Of a DNA stretch of 64,000 bases, positions 30,344-41,017 are shown in pieces. The stretch covers positions 32,001 through 96,000 of the forward strand of contig JAZDPL010000073.1 in assembly GCA_043797665.1 (NCBI GenBank), given 5' to 3'. Both the position numbers and the translations under genes were made by a program. Each line of letters begins with the position of its first letter. Within the stretch, counting starts at the first letter, position 1. This DNA is from Candidatus Omnitrophota bacterium (GTDB lineage Bacteria; Ratteibacteria; UBA8468; MWAK01). The notes below the pieces were generated by a model. It was not told where the DNA came from, did no database searches, and saw nothing but the letters and a program-made list of their open reading frames with translations.

Positions 30344-33001
30344 TTATTCTAAAAATAATAGGTGGTCTTCCAGACTCTGCTTCTTTTCCCGAAACTCTTT
30401 TTGTCTAACTTCTTCTCTACCGATAACCTCGGCCGGCGCCTTACTCAAGAACTCCGGGTTCTTTAGCCGGTTTTCAATCTTAGCCAGTTCTGCTTCCATC
30501 TCTTCCAATTCCTTCCGGAACCGAAATTTTTCCTTATCCGGGTCAAAGAGACCGGTCAGAGGCAGGAAGACCTCAGCCTTGCCTGAGAGGAGCCGGCAGG
30601 CTTCCATCTTCTGGCGCTGGTGGTTAGAGGTAACTTCAATCTCCGAGAGACCGGCCAATTTCAAGAAATAGTGTTTGGTTTCGGAAAGCAGCCCCTTTTC
30701 CTCCTGCGTAATCCGCAGAATCGCCGTTACTTTCTGACCCGGCGCAATATTAAATTCCCGCTTTAAATCACGGGTTGCGGTGATAGTTTCCAGGACCAAA
30801 TTCATCCGCTTATTTAAGCCAGGCTGGTAATGGCCCCGGCCGGTTGTAGGCCAGGCAGACAGCGCCAGAGGTTTGTCTGCTTTCAGACGGCTCCAGATCT
30901 CTTCGGTAAGAAAAGGCATTAGAGGATGGAGAAGGTGCAAGAACCGGTCCAGAACAAAGATTGCCACCGCAAGGCTGGTTTTATCACCTTTTTCTTCCAG
31001 GTCCACCTTCATCATCTCCAAATACCAGTCGCAGTACCGGTGCCAGAAGAACTGGTAGAGAGCGAGGGCATTTTCGTTGAGCCGCAGCGTTTTGAACCCC
31101 TTCTCAACATTCCGGCGGGTCTCTTCCAATTCGGAAAGAATCCAGCGCTGGCTGCTGGTAAGGGTCGGATAAATCCGACCCCTACACAGAGTGAGATGAG
31201 GGGAATCAGCCAATCCAATTTCCTCGGCGCGGGTTATGAGCAGACGGCTGGCGTTCCAGATTTTGTTGGCAAAGTTCCGGCCCAGGGTGAAACTCTTTCT
31301 CCCGATGAAGAGGTCCTGGCCCTGGCCGGCAAAAGAAATGAGGCTGAACCGCAGAGAATCCGCACCCACCTCTTCAATCACCTCCAAAGGGTCAATGACG
31401 TTGCCGTATGATTTGCTCATCTTTCTGCCGGTCTCATCCCTTACGGTTCCGTGGATATAGACTTCAGCGAAGGGTAATTTTCCGGTAAACTCCAGGCCAG
31501 CCATTACCATCCGGGCGACCCAGAAGAAGATGATTTCCGGTGCGGTAACCAGAATATGGGTGGGATAAAAGGACCGGAGGTCGGTGGTTTCTTCCGGCCA
31601 GCCAAAGACCGAGAAGGGCCAGAGCCAGGAGGAGAACCAGGTGTCCAGAACGTCCGAATCCTGGCTGATGTTGGTAGCGCCGCAGTCCGGACACCTATCC
31701 GGAGGTGTTTCCGAAACGATGATACCTTTAGCAGAATTGCGGTTGATACATTCTTGACAATAGTAGACCGGTATCCGGTGTCCCCACCAGATTTGCCGGC
31801 TGATGCACCAGTCTTCAATATTCTCCAGCCACTGCCGGTATACCTTCTGCCAGCGCTTCGGGTAGAAACGGGGCTTCCCTTTTTTTGCCCATTCCAGAGC
31901 GGATTCTGCCAGCGGTTTCATCCGGACAAACCACTGTTGGGAAAGGTATGGCTCCACCACAGTTTCGCACCGGTAACAACGACCGATACTGTGCTGGTAG
32001 TCAGAGGTCTTTTCTAACAGACCATCCTCTTTCAGAAGCGCCACCACTTCCTCCCGGCAGGAAAACCTTTCCTTGCCGGCAAAAGCCCCGGCTTCTTTGG
32101 TCAAAAAACCCTTTTCATCTATCGCGGTGATGCCGGGCAGACCCAGGTCTTTAGCGATTCGGAAGTCGTTGGCGTCGTGGTGAGGTGTTATCTTGACCGC
32201 ACCGGTCCCGAACCCTTTGTCCACTAAAGGATGTGCCACAATGGGTATCGGACGGTTTAAAATCGGAAGGAGCACTTTTGTCCCGACCAGTTTTTTGTAC
32301 CGGATATCTTTTGGGTTGACCGCAACTGCGGTATCGCCGAAGAGCGTCTCCGGCCGGGTGGTGGCAACCACCACACCTTTGGTCCCGTCCGCGCCGGGGT
32401 AACGGATATAGTAAAGGTGGCTGTCCTCCGGTTCGTGCTCCACCTCTTCGTTAGCCAGCGCGGTTCCGCAGCGCGGGCACCAGTTAACGATGTAGTTCCC
32501 CCGGTAGACCAGACCTTTCCGGTAGAGACGGACAAAGGCAATACGTACCGCCTGGCTCAAGCCTTCGTCCATCGTGAACCGCTCCCTTTCCCAGTCGCAG
32601 GACGCTCCCAATTTTTTTAACTGTTCAATAATAGTGGAACCGCGTTTTTCTTTCCACTGCCAGACCTCTTCCAGAAACTTCTCCCGGCCCAGGTCGTTCC
32701 GTTTCAGACCCTTTTCCAGAAGGTAGCGTTCCACCACGTTCTGGGTGGCGATACCCGCGTGGTCGGTCCCGGGAACCCATAAGGCATTAAAGCCAGCCAT
32801 CCGTTTCCAGCGGATGAGCACGTCCTGGATAGTATTATTCAGGGCATGGCCGATGTGGAGGACGCCGGTCACGTTGGGCGGCGGAATGACGACGACAAAG
32901 GGTTTCTTGTCGGAAAGGTTATCGGCGCGGAAAAACCCGTTCTCCTGATAGACCTTCAGCCACTTTGTTTCCACCTCTTTCGCATTATACTGCTTATCCA
33001 T
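30344..33001 (-). CDS. valS: Valine--tRNA ligase
   Basis: PPPNVTGVLHIGHAL, GTDHAGIATQ, DWCISRQIWWGHRIP, KMSKS, C-terminal coiled coil. Confidence 0.97.
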   Translation of the reverse strand: MDKQYNAKEVETKWLKVYQENGFFRADNLSDKKPFVVVIPPPNVTGVLHIGHALNNTIQDVLIRWKRMAGFNALWVPGTDHAGIATQNVVERYLLEKGLKRNDLGREKFLEEVWQWKEKRGSTIIEQLKKLGASCDWERERFTMDEGLSQAVRIAFVRLYRKGLVYRGNYIVNWCPRCGTALANEEVEHEPEDSHLYYIRYPGADGTKGVVVATTRPETLFGDTAVAVNPKDIRYKKLVGTKVLLPILNRPIPIVAHPLVDKGFGTGAVKITPHHDANDFRIAKDLGLPGITAIDEKGFLTKEAGAFAGKERFSCREEVVALLKEDGLLEKTSDYQHSIGRCYRCETVVEPYLSQQWFVRMKPLAESALEWAKKGKPRFYPKRWQKVYRQWLENIEDWCISRQIWWGHRIPVYYCQECINRNSAKGIIVSETPPDRCPDCGATNISQDSDVLDTWFSSWLWPFSVFGWPEETTDLRSFYPTHILVTAPEIIFFWVARMVMAGLEFTGKLPFAEVYIHGTVRDETGRKMSKSYGNVIDPLEVIEEVGADSLRFSLISFAGQGQDLFIGRKSFTLGRNFANKIWNASRLLITRAEEIGLADSPHLTLCRGRIYPTLTSSQRWILSELEETRRNVEKGFKTLRLNENALALYQFFWHRYCDWYLEMMKVDLEEKGDKTSLAVAIFVLDRFLHLLHPLMPFLTEEIWSRLKADKPLALSAWPTTGRGHYQPGLNKRMNLVLETITATRDLKREFNIAPGQKVTAILRITQEEKGLLSETKHYFLKLAGLSEIEVTSNHQRQKMEACRLLSGKAEVFLPLTGLFDPDKEKFRFRKELEEMEAELAKIENRLKNPEFLSKAPAEVIGREEVRQKEFREKKQSLEDHLLFLE
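31162..31185. repeat. Single REP inside the valS coding sequence
   Basis: GGGTCGGATAAATCCGACCC-CTAC, read as CRGRIYPT in ValS. Confidence 0.85.
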
Positions 33002-33005
33002 AATG

Positions 33006-33091
33006 GTAGGGGTTCGATTTATCGAACCCGCGGGCCCCGTATAGGCGGCTATCGCCTTTTACGGGGAGGGCTTGATGAATCAAACCCCTAT
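33006..33091. repeat. GTAG REP doublet interrupted by a 36-bp hairpin insert (33035-33070)
   Basis: GTAG-GGGTTCGATTTATCGAACCC-GC-GGG[CCCCGTATAGGCGGCTATCGCCTTTTACGGGGAGGG]CTTGATGAATCAAACCC-CTAT. Confidence 0.8.
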
Positions 33092-33171
33092 TATTAAACC
33101 CTTATTTGGGTACATCTGTCAAGAATTCTGCAGAATGCGATTACGAGTGACCCTGCAATATTATTCCCGGC

Positions 33172-33226
33172 CGGTTGACAATAAAAAATAAGGAAGGTTG
33201 ACATTTAGTTGACAATAGCGTATAAT
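33172..33226 (+). promoter_or_regulatory. Consensus sigma70 promoter embedded in a triple-TTGACA repeat
   Basis: TTGACA at 33175, 33198 and 33209; TTGACA(33198)-17 nt-TATAAT(33221). Confidence 0.8.
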
Positions 33227-33234
33227 GTTATTCC

Positions 33235-34251
33235 ATGGAAACGATTGATAAAATACTGAGGTATCTCAAGGTAAGAAATACCGTTTCCGGAGGAGAATTG
33301 TCCGAACTCCTCGGGATATCAAGACAGGCAATAAATAAGCATCTTAAGTCCTTGATTCAAAGAGGCGTTGTTGCCAAAGAGGGTAATACAAAGGGGACAA
33401 TATATCGGATTGCCGGGAAGATTAAACCGCAACGGAAATTCAGAAAAATCTGTGTCCTTAAGGACTTAGAAGAAGACAGGGTATTTAAGGAAGTGGAATT
33501 ATTTCTAAATTTAGGGGGCAATCTCAGGGAAAATGTTCTTGATATCGTCAACTATGTATTCACGGAAATTCTGAATAATGCCATAGAACACTCTAAGTCG
33601 GAAAAATGCGGCGTGGAAGTCTGTCTCAGTGAGTACCAGTGCAGGTTTACCATAAGAGACTACGGCATCGGTATTTTTCATTCTATTTATACCAAGTTTA
33701 ACCTCCCGGATGAAAATTCTGCCATGGGAGAACTTATCAAAGGGAAAATAACCACGATGCGGGAAAAACACACCGGCGAAGGCGTCTTTTTTTCCTCAAA
33801 ATCAGGGGATAGTGTTCTTTTCAGGTCTCACAAAATAAATCTTGGTTTTGATAATATGAAACAGGATGTTTTTGTGGAAGAAAAGAAATTCATAAACGGT
33901 ACCGAGGTCACCTTTAATATCAGCCGTTCTTCGCGGAGAAGACTTGCGGAAATTTTTAAACAGTATGCTCCGGAGGAGTTTGATTACGGATTTGAAAAAA
34001 CCAGGGTATTTGTAAAACTATTTCAAAAAGATTACGTCTCCAGGTCAGAGGCGAAAAGATTACTTGCCGGGCTGGATAGGTTTAAAGAAATCGTATTGGA
34101 TTTTAAGGATGTCAAATCCATTGGTCAGGGTTTTGCCGACGAAACATTCCGGGTATTCCGGAGACAACATCCGGATATCGTGATAAAGACCGAAAATCTT
34201 AGCCCCCTTATTTCCCCGGTCATTAAACATGCGGTTGACAATATAATTTAG
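33235..34251 (+). CDS. wHTH + HATPase_c-like + STAS-like (DUF4325) protein
   Basis: ELSELLGISRQAINKHLKSL; EILNNAIEHS, IRDYGIGIF, HTGEGVFFS; VSRSEAKRLL...IVLDFKDVKSIGQGFADE. Confidence 0.85.
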   Translation: METIDKILRYLKVRNTVSGGELSELLGISRQAINKHLKSLIQRGVVAKEGNTKGTIYRIAGKIKPQRKFRKICVLKDLEEDRVFKEVELFLNLGGNLRENVLDIVNYVFTEILNNAIEHSKSEKCGVEVCLSEYQCRFTIRDYGIGIFHSIYTKFNLPDENSAMGELIKGKITTMREKHTGEGVFFSSKSGDSVLFRSHKINLGFDNMKQDVFVEEKKFINGTEVTFNISRSSRRRLAEIFKQYAPEEFDYGFEKTRVFVKLFQKDYVSRSEAKRLLAGLDRFKEIVLDFKDVKSIGQGFADETFRVFRRQHPDIVIKTENLSPLISPVIKHAVDNII

Positions 34252-34275
34252 CCAAGGTTGACAATAGATTGACAA
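34232..34275 (+). repeat. Second copy of the triple-TTGACA repeat
   Basis: TTGACA at 34235, 34258 and 34269; same 23- and 11-nt spacing as 33172-33215. Confidence 0.8.
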
Positions 34276-34286
34276 ATGGGGGGTGA

Positions 34287-36215
34287 TTAGCCAACGCCGA
34301 TGAGAATCGGATTGATTTGTTGACCGGAAAGGGCATTGATCGCGGTCCAGACGCCAACCGCACCAATCAGCCCCAGGATTAAACCCAGGAAGAACGGCAC
34401 CGTCCGGCGGTAAACGATTGGCCCGCCGTAACGCAGGATGAGAGATTTGATTAACCAGGCTAAAAAGATCGAGAACCACGCGTAACGCATCACGTAGGTA
34501 TCCGCGATGGGGAAACCGATGTAGTGCAGGGGCCACCACAGAAATTTCTGGCGCATCACCGCCAGAAAGAGCATAACCGCAGCGCCCAGTCCGGCGAAGC
34601 CCAGACGGGGCAGGATGACCTGGACAGTTGGCGGGTTTGTTATCTTATCCTTGATAAAGTTGGCGATTGCAGAAGGCATACCAACGCCGTAGAACCACCC
34701 GTTGGGCGCGTTAAGCGCTCCGTACCGGTAACCTATTTTCACAATCATCCAGGCAGAGATAAAGTAAGAGACCACCAAAGAAGCGATGATTCCCCAGAAG
34801 AGAAGTCTGGGTTTTATCTTTGCCTCTTCCTGGATTTTCAGTCCGTTGGCGGTAGAAGCCATCACTGTGGTCCTGATATCTGAAGACCAGACGTATTGCA
34901 GACCCAAGGCGGTGTATCCGGACGGTTTCACCATTGATGGCGGCAAGGTATAAGCGGTAAAGTCCGGGGGGACGCATTGGCTCCGGGCAAAGCCGATTCC
35001 TGCCTGGCTGATGATGCGGGTTAAACCTAAGAAGACCACCAGTACGAAGAAGAGAAAGAGAAGGAGCGCCAGAAAGGACATCCCGGCATAAGACAGGAAC
35101 CCGGCCAAAAGAATGATGGAGATTAACCCGCCGAAGACCGCGGTGCGGTAGGAGATAATTTCCGGGGAATCATCCGCCTCTCCTTTCCCGAAGGCCTTTC
35201 GGAAGACCGCAGATAGGTGTTTCCGGCCGGTCCAGATGAGGAAGAAGAAAAGGACAACCATCGCCCCGCCGCCCTGAAAGGAGGTGGCGGCAGAACCTCC
35301 CGCAAAGACTTCGTTATGCCCCGGCAGGGAATAACCGGTGACATTGAACCAGCCGGTCTGCAGTTTAGAGACCAGGTGGAAGAACCACAGGGAGAAAGCG
35401 ATATCTAAACTTAAGAGATAGGCAAACCCCATAATGGGGAAACTGAGGAGGAAGGAGAGCGAATCGGTATTCCTGAATATATTTATGGCGTATTCAAATG
35501 AAATTCGCTTAAAAGCCGGGAAGAAGTAATTTAACCCGTTGATAGAAATCAAGATGAAGGGAATCGCAAAGCCCATCCACATAACCTTGTCGTAAAACAG
35601 GGAAGGCAGTCTCTGAGATGCTGTCTCCTTCCGGCACATCTCCAGAGGGACAAGGGCTAAGGGGAAGATGAGCCGTTCGTTCTCCATCCATTGCTTGCGG
35701 AAGATGACCGCTAAAGAAATGGAAAGGAAAGAGAAGAAAAGGAAGGGCAGGAACCAGACCACAAGAGGTTTCAGCCAGGGGAGGAAGGAGACCGGAACGT
35801 TAGGGGGTAGACCTTCATAGAAGTAGAGGATACTCTGGAAGTCCTGGTTCACCAGGCAGGTCTTAATCTTGTCTCCAAAGGTGGCTACCCACTCGTTGGC
35901 CGGGCTGGCAAAGTAGGGGATGCCCGCGATGACCGGAAAGAGGTTTCCCATCACGCCCCAACTGGGTACCACGCAGGCTTCCGAGACCATAATAAAGATA
36001 AGCAGCAACTCCGGAGGGCTAAAGATGAGTTTGCGGTGGACGAAGGATAATGCGCCGCTTAGCAGAATGACCACCAGAAGCGCCAGGAGGGCTCCGGCGG
36101 TCATAAAATCAGAACAGAGTCCGTTCCCCTGAATTTTCAGCAGGAGTAAAGGTTCCAGCGCCGCAATTCCGGCAGACAGGACCAGACCGGTCAGGAACGC
36201 CCGTTTCATCGCCAT
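34287..36215 (-). CDS. Large polytopic membrane protein, DUF6785/DUF6784-like (putative transporter)
   Basis: Many hydrophobic segments; FRKQWMENERLIFPL, FLWWPLHYIGF, AWLIKSLILRYGG motifs. Confidence 0.7.
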   Translation of the reverse strand: MAMKRAFLTGLVLSAGIAALEPLLLLKIQGNGLCSDFMTAGALLALLVVILLSGALSFVHRKLIFSPPELLLIFIMVSEACVVPSWGVMGNLFPVIAGIPYFASPANEWVATFGDKIKTCLVNQDFQSILYFYEGLPPNVPVSFLPWLKPLVVWFLPFLFFSFLSISLAVIFRKQWMENERLIFPLALVPLEMCRKETASQRLPSLFYDKVMWMGFAIPFILISINGLNYFFPAFKRISFEYAINIFRNTDSLSFLLSFPIMGFAYLLSLDIAFSLWFFHLVSKLQTGWFNVTGYSLPGHNEVFAGGSAATSFQGGGAMVVLFFFLIWTGRKHLSAVFRKAFGKGEADDSPEIISYRTAVFGGLISIILLAGFLSYAGMSFLALLLFLFFVLVVFLGLTRIISQAGIGFARSQCVPPDFTAYTLPPSMVKPSGYTALGLQYVWSSDIRTTVMASTANGLKIQEEAKIKPRLLFWGIIASLVVSYFISAWMIVKIGYRYGALNAPNGWFYGVGMPSAIANFIKDKITNPPTVQVILPRLGFAGLGAAVMLFLAVMRQKFLWWPLHYIGFPIADTYVMRYAWFSIFLAWLIKSLILRYGGPIVYRRTVPFFLGLILGLIGAVGVWTAINALSGQQINPILIGVG

Positions 36216-36267
36216 ACAGTATACCCTTTTTCCATCAAAATTTTCAAACGGGCGGGAAGAATATAAG

Positions 36268-38259
36268 TCACCGCCTTAAAGCGGATTGGCCTCTTTGAAA
36301 AAGTTTGCGGATTTTCTTTGCGGCCGGCTTGGGATGGCCGTAAAAATCTATAATGGATGTATTTGCGGTACAGGGAAAACTGTCGTGTCCCATCCAGATA
36401 ATAATGCCGCCGCAGGCCGGAAAACGTGCCTGGCATGCTTCCACCGCGATTGACAGAGCCTGTGCCTGGCGTTTCTGGCTCCACCGGACATACTCACCCA
36501 GGTTTTTTGGCCCCCGGCCTTTTTCCCGGATAAACTGCGGCCATTCTATCCACCAAGTGGAAGTCCGACGCCAAAGAGGATTTTCTGCTTTGCCGGGCAC
36601 CTCCGGACAATTGCCCCGAAACGCACGGATGACCTTGACAGAACTTGCTCCGGGCGCACCAACCTCTGACCGAAAGAGTGCGTCGTCCTTCTGCCAGTAA
36701 CTTCTCCACCCCTTCTCCAGATTTCCGATTGCCTTCCAGGGACCGTGCACATCCCAGTGCAAACCTTTGCCGAAATCTTTTTTATCAGCGGTGAAGCGGG
36801 GTCCCCCGGCTGATGTCGGCAGAAAGCGCCGCGTCGGGTCTCTTTTGGCAACAATACTTTTCAGCCGCCTGATAAGAGGGTGGCTGCACTCAACCGGTTT
36901 TCCGATACCAACCTTGCCGCCCTTCAAATCTCCCTGCAATTCGTTACCTCCGCACCAGAGAGATAGAGAGACGTGGTGCTGTCGCCGGCTGATATAGGAT
37001 TCGGCAATCTGAGCCATTTCAACAATGATTGCTTTATCTTCCGGCGGCCAGTTATCTATACCCGACGAGGACAAGGGGAATTCTTGCCAGACCAAAAACC
37101 CCAGTTCATCACAGAGGTCATAGAAAGCCCCCTTCTCCAGATAACCTCCGCCCCAGACGCGTAAAATATTGCACCCCAGGTCTTGATAAAGTTTCAGTCT
37201 TCGGCGATAATCGCCGGGAGTTACGTCGGCGAAATTCGGCCGGAGCGGAGTCCAGTTTACTCCCTGCAGGAAGACCGTCCGGCCGTTCACCACGCATAAC
37301 CAGGGGTCAGCTTTTTCGGGCGCTTCCCGGCACTGCGACCAGGCCAGAGATTTGAAACCGACCCGTCGCGTAACCCGGTCATTTTCCTTTCCTTTTTCGT
37401 CAAGCAACCGGCAGGACAAAAGGTAAAGAGGTTGTTTTCCCTGTAAGTTCGGCCACCACAAATCCACCGGTAGACCGCTCCAGGAAAAACCATCTCTATT
37501 AAATTTTGATGCTTCCAGTTCTTCCGTGCGCAACGCAAGGCCGTCCTTCTTCAAAGAAAGTCTGACCAGATAACGCCCCGGACCCGCCGGAACCGAACCC
37601 GAAACCCGCAGGGAGCCGGTCTTGTCGGAGAGGTTAACATCGGTGATGCAGCGAAAATCATTAATTTCCTTCCTGTCAAACGATTCCAAAAGAACCGAAT
37701 CCCAGATGCCCGTCTGAACCAGTCTCGCGGTCCAGTCCCAGGTGTAATTGAAGCGGGGCTTCCAGTCTTTAATCCGGCTGGTAAACCCGAATTGTCCCAG
37801 CCACCGGGGAGGATAGTCGAAGATTATGGTTAAGAAATTATTCTTCTTTCGCAAATAAGGAGTGAGGTTGAATATGTGCGGGATAAAAGAACCTTTAAAT
37901 TGTGCAACTTTCCGGCCATTGACAAATATCCAGCCGCTGTAGTCAAGCCCCAGGCAATTCAGGCGCCAGGAACTTCCGGTCCGCAGCCAATGGTCTGGAA
38001 TCCGCACCCCGTAAATCCAGTGGCGGTTTTCCACCCACTCACAGTCCCGTCCGTTCAACCCCTTGTTCCAATCCGGCAGAATTCCGGCCTTACGCAGTGC
38101 GCCCTGAACCGAACCGGGTACCCTGACGCTTATGCCCGGCACTTCGGCGTGAGGATGGAAGGAATCCTTGGTTCCTTCAGGGAGCCACTGATAGGGCGTC
38201 CACCCTGATAAACGCCACTTCAGTTGTGACAGGTCATACGTTCTTTTCATCGGCGTCAA
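36268..38259 (-). CDS. GH2 beta-mannosidase-like hydrolase
   Basis: VNGRTVFLQGVNW, LRVWGGG, YDLCDELGFLVWQEF, WCGGNE, SEVG. Confidence 0.82.
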   Translation of the reverse strand: MTPMKRTYDLSQLKWRLSGWTPYQWLPEGTKDSFHPHAEVPGISVRVPGSVQGALRKAGILPDWNKGLNGRDCEWVENRHWIYGVRIPDHWLRTGSSWRLNCLGLDYSGWIFVNGRKVAQFKGSFIPHIFNLTPYLRKKNNFLTIIFDYPPRWLGQFGFTSRIKDWKPRFNYTWDWTARLVQTGIWDSVLLESFDRKEINDFRCITDVNLSDKTGSLRVSGSVPAGPGRYLVRLSLKKDGLALRTEELEASKFNRDGFSWSGLPVDLWWPNLQGKQPLYLLSCRLLDEKGKENDRVTRRVGFKSLAWSQCREAPEKADPWLCVVNGRTVFLQGVNWTPLRPNFADVTPGDYRRRLKLYQDLGCNILRVWGGGYLEKGAFYDLCDELGFLVWQEFPLSSSGIDNWPPEDKAIIVEMAQIAESYISRRQHHVSLSLWCGGNELQGDLKGGKVGIGKPVECSHPLIRRLKSIVAKRDPTRRFLPTSAGGPRFTADKKDFGKGLHWDVHGPWKAIGNLEKGWRSYWQKDDALFRSEVGAPGASSVKVIRAFRGNCPEVPGKAENPLWRRTSTWWIEWPQFIREKGRGPKNLGEYVRWSQKRQAQALSIAVEACQARFPACGGIIIWMGHDSFPCTANTSIIDFYGHPKPAAKKIRKLFQRGQSALRR

Positions 38260-38280
38260 ATTTTTAAATGCCTGATTTCC

Positions 38281-40359
38281 TCAGAAAATCCGGAAAAGGC
38301 TGGTGCTCCGCGGCGGAAAATTCCGGACAAAAAAGTCTTTATCTTTGACAATCCGTTTTCTGGCAAAGAGGTCGTAAACGGAAGTTCTTTTCTTGAGTCT
38401 GATTTTCTTTACGCCGCCGTACTTTGTGTGTATCGCCAAAAAACTTTTGTTGACATAAATAACGTCGCCCGCGTCTCCGTAGATGTGCACCCCGCAATAT
38501 CTGGCGATGCTGCGGAAAAGGGGGAATGGCATCTCCGGTACCGCACAGTAAATAGATGTCCAGTCCCGGAATTTCCGCAGGACCAAACCCGGCTTTTGGT
38601 TGTCTAAAAACTCTCCCAGCACCTCCGCGTCCCTGTCTTCGGCATAATATACCGGATTCAACCAGCCGTCCAGCACCTGGCCCGGGATGTCGTAGAAACA
38701 GCGGGGGTTGATACCTTCTGTAATTTCGGGCATATTGTCGGTGAGCCTCAAATAAGGCAGAGCGGCCTGATATTTCACCGACGCCTTTATTCCGGTAAGA
38801 GCCCTCACGTTATCCAGCGAAAACCCTTTATTGTTTATTATTCCCGGAGCGTAAAACCACACGCACAGCTTGTCTTCGGCCTTAACCTTTAGATTCATTA
38901 TTGTCCGGCAAGCGTCGCTTACGTAAAAAGCGTTCAGGAAGATGTACATCTTATACTGCTTGTGATTCAGGTTCCCGATGTCGCTCAGGAGATACGTGTC
39001 GTAAGGACTCCCGATACGGCTTAATTGGTACTGCAGGTTCCGGATAATAAGCGGATAGGTTACGTTGTTGTTAATGTCCTGGTAAGCGAAACTTTCTTCG
39101 TCGATGAACACCGCGATTTCCGAAACGGAAGAACGGTCTAATCCAAGGCTTCCGTCCCCTATTTTCTTAAGATTCCGCATCAATGCCAGAATTTTGCGGT
39201 CAGCGAACCACCCTGAGTTCTCCAGGTCGAACCACCACATATCAACGCCGGATGTCAGGGTTCTTGCGAAGTCCCTCTTAATTATCGCCAGGGAGTCTTC
39301 CAGGTTTTCCGGACGCCCGAACGCATCCTGTTCCGGGGAGGCAAGGAAGGTTCTGGTATCGGTCTCCGCAAACCACAGTTTTTTGTGCATCTTCACGGAA
39401 TCAAGGGTAGTCATACTGGCGGCTGTCCCGCCCATCCCGCGGTTGATGTAATTGTTAGGGGACGAAAGAAAATCTATGTGCCTTGATTCCAGCATTTTTT
39501 TGAGGGCAAGGTGTCCGGAATGCTGATAGAGATACGGGTGCCAGGCAAAGACTAAATTATATCCGTAAAATGCGCCGCATAAAACATCTCTGGATGAAGC
39601 GCTTTTGACCGCCTTCCCGAAATATGTGATATCCTGAACAATGAGTTCCGAAAGGAATTCGAAATAGTCGATGACGTTTCTCTCGGTGGATACGTCGCGG
39701 AATCCGGTCCGGTTGCATCGCAACCTCTCGTCCCGCGAAGGAATGCCGACATTGCCAAAATCCACCCGGTTATTGTTCCACTCTCTTTGCAACTCGGATA
39801 GGTTTTTGTATTTCCTCCGGAGCCAATTCCGGAATGTCCGTTCCATCGGCCGGGAAAAATCGCTGATGCGGAAATCGACGTATCCCCGGTAAAACCATTC
39901 GCCGGTCTCTCCGGCGCATAACATATAGCCGATAATCCTCTCCCGGTAAATCTTTTCCAGATACTTTACCAGGAGGGTCAATTTTTCCTTCCGTTCTTTT
40001 CTCCAGAGTTCTGAGGCCAGGGACTGACCGTGGCGCCCCCCCTGGTCGTCCCGCTGCATCTCATCGGGATGGCTTTTTTCCCACCAGGCGGGTGCGTCCA
40101 CTTCAACCCTGAGAAGGAATTTTGCGTCCTTATCCGCCCGGATAACTGCGTCAATGTCTTTCTTTATCTTTTTGTAATCGTAATCTTTCCGGATTATGTG
40201 CTGAAAGACATGAACCCCGCAATCTGCAAACTGGGCGTTATAAATTCCATTCGGGGAGGGAATGGCAAACTGCATGGTAAAAACGGGTTTGTTATTAAGA
40301 TGCAAGGCCGGTGTGCCTTTGCAGTTTTTAACTTCTGCTTTCAATTTCCCGTATACCAC
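38281..40359 (-). CDS. GH42-like beta-galactosidase family protein
   Basis: [36 protein letters not shown], class I GATase-like C-terminal domain. Confidence 0.68.
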   Translation of the reverse strand: MVYGKLKAEVKNCKGTPALHLNNKPVFTMQFAIPSPNGIYNAQFADCGVHVFQHIIRKDYDYKKIKKDIDAVIRADKDAKFLLRVEVDAPAWWEKSHPDEMQRDDQGGRHGQSLASELWRKERKEKLTLLVKYLEKIYRERIIGYMLCAGETGEWFYRGYVDFRISDFSRPMERTFRNWLRRKYKNLSELQREWNNNRVDFGNVGIPSRDERLRCNRTGFRDVSTERNVIDYFEFLSELIVQDITYFGKAVKSASSRDVLCGAFYGYNLVFAWHPYLYQHSGHLALKKMLESRHIDFLSSPNNYINRGMGGTAASMTTLDSVKMHKKLWFAETDTRTFLASPEQDAFGRPENLEDSLAIIKRDFARTLTSGVDMWWFDLENSGWFADRKILALMRNLKKIGDGSLGLDRSSVSEIAVFIDEESFAYQDINNNVTYPLIIRNLQYQLSRIGSPYDTYLLSDIGNLNHKQYKMYIFLNAFYVSDACRTIMNLKVKAEDKLCVWFYAPGIINNKGFSLDNVRALTGIKASVKYQAALPYLRLTDNMPEITEGINPRCFYDIPGQVLDGWLNPVYYAEDRDAEVLGEFLDNQKPGLVLRKFRDWTSIYCAVPEMPFPLFRSIARYCGVHIYGDAGDVIYVNKSFLAIHTKYGGVKKIRLKKRTSVYDLFARKRIVKDKDFFVRNFPPRSTSLFRIF

Positions 40360-41003
40360 ATATTATTCCCTTGATTGGGAGGGATACTGGCTGCCTCACA
40401 GGACACCCAACCGGCATGGCCATCTACGTAGAGGACGTTTAAACCGACCTTGTGAAGTGTCGGCAGGGAAGTATCGATAAACATAACATCTACTGCTCCC
40501 CGGTCACCCATCATGGCACAGTCCGAGGGATTTGGGATACCGGTTATTCGGTGGCGGTCTCCCATATAATCAGCAGGGTGTCCGACCGCGTCTCCGCAGA
40601 TATAAAGGCTCAAACCATAATGCCAGTTTGGTGACCAGGATATATCACTGAAATTCGCAACCCCGTTGCCGTATATATTAGCGGTATTCGTGCTGTTGGA
40701 AGGACACTTAAGTATCCTGCTGTTTGTTATGTAATTCATCATTTCTCCTCCGTCGGGAGCATAGTAGCCGACGTCGGAGCACCACCAGACATTAGCCGGG
40801 CTTCTTGCCAGCGGAAGCCAATCATCATAGTCCTGCTCATACATCAAAATACATAACCCCAGTTGTTTCAGATTGTTCAGACACGCCGCCTGCCTGGCTT
40901 TGTCCCTCGCCTGACTGAGCGCCGGCAGCAGCATCGCCGCCAGAATGGCAATAATCGCGATGACCACCAGCAACTCAATTAAAGTGAATCCTCTTTTCTT
41001 CAT
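40341..41003 (-). CDS. Prepilin-type N-terminal cleavage/methylation protein (DUF1559, H-X9-DG)
   Basis: MKKRG^[30 protein letters not shown]...[29 protein letters not shown]. Confidence 0.92.
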   Translation of the reverse strand: MKKRGFTLIELLVVIAIIAILAAMLLPALSQARDKARQAACLNNLKQLGLCILMYEQDYDDWLPLARSPANVWWCSDVGYYAPDGGEMMNYITNSRILKCPSNSTNTANIYGNGVANFSDISWSPNWHYGLSLYICGDAVGHPADYMGDRHRITGIPNPSDCAMMGDRGAVDVMFIDTSLPTLHKVGLNVLYVDGHAGWVSCEAASIPPNQGNNMWYTGN

Positions 41004-41017
41004 TTTACCCTCATTTT

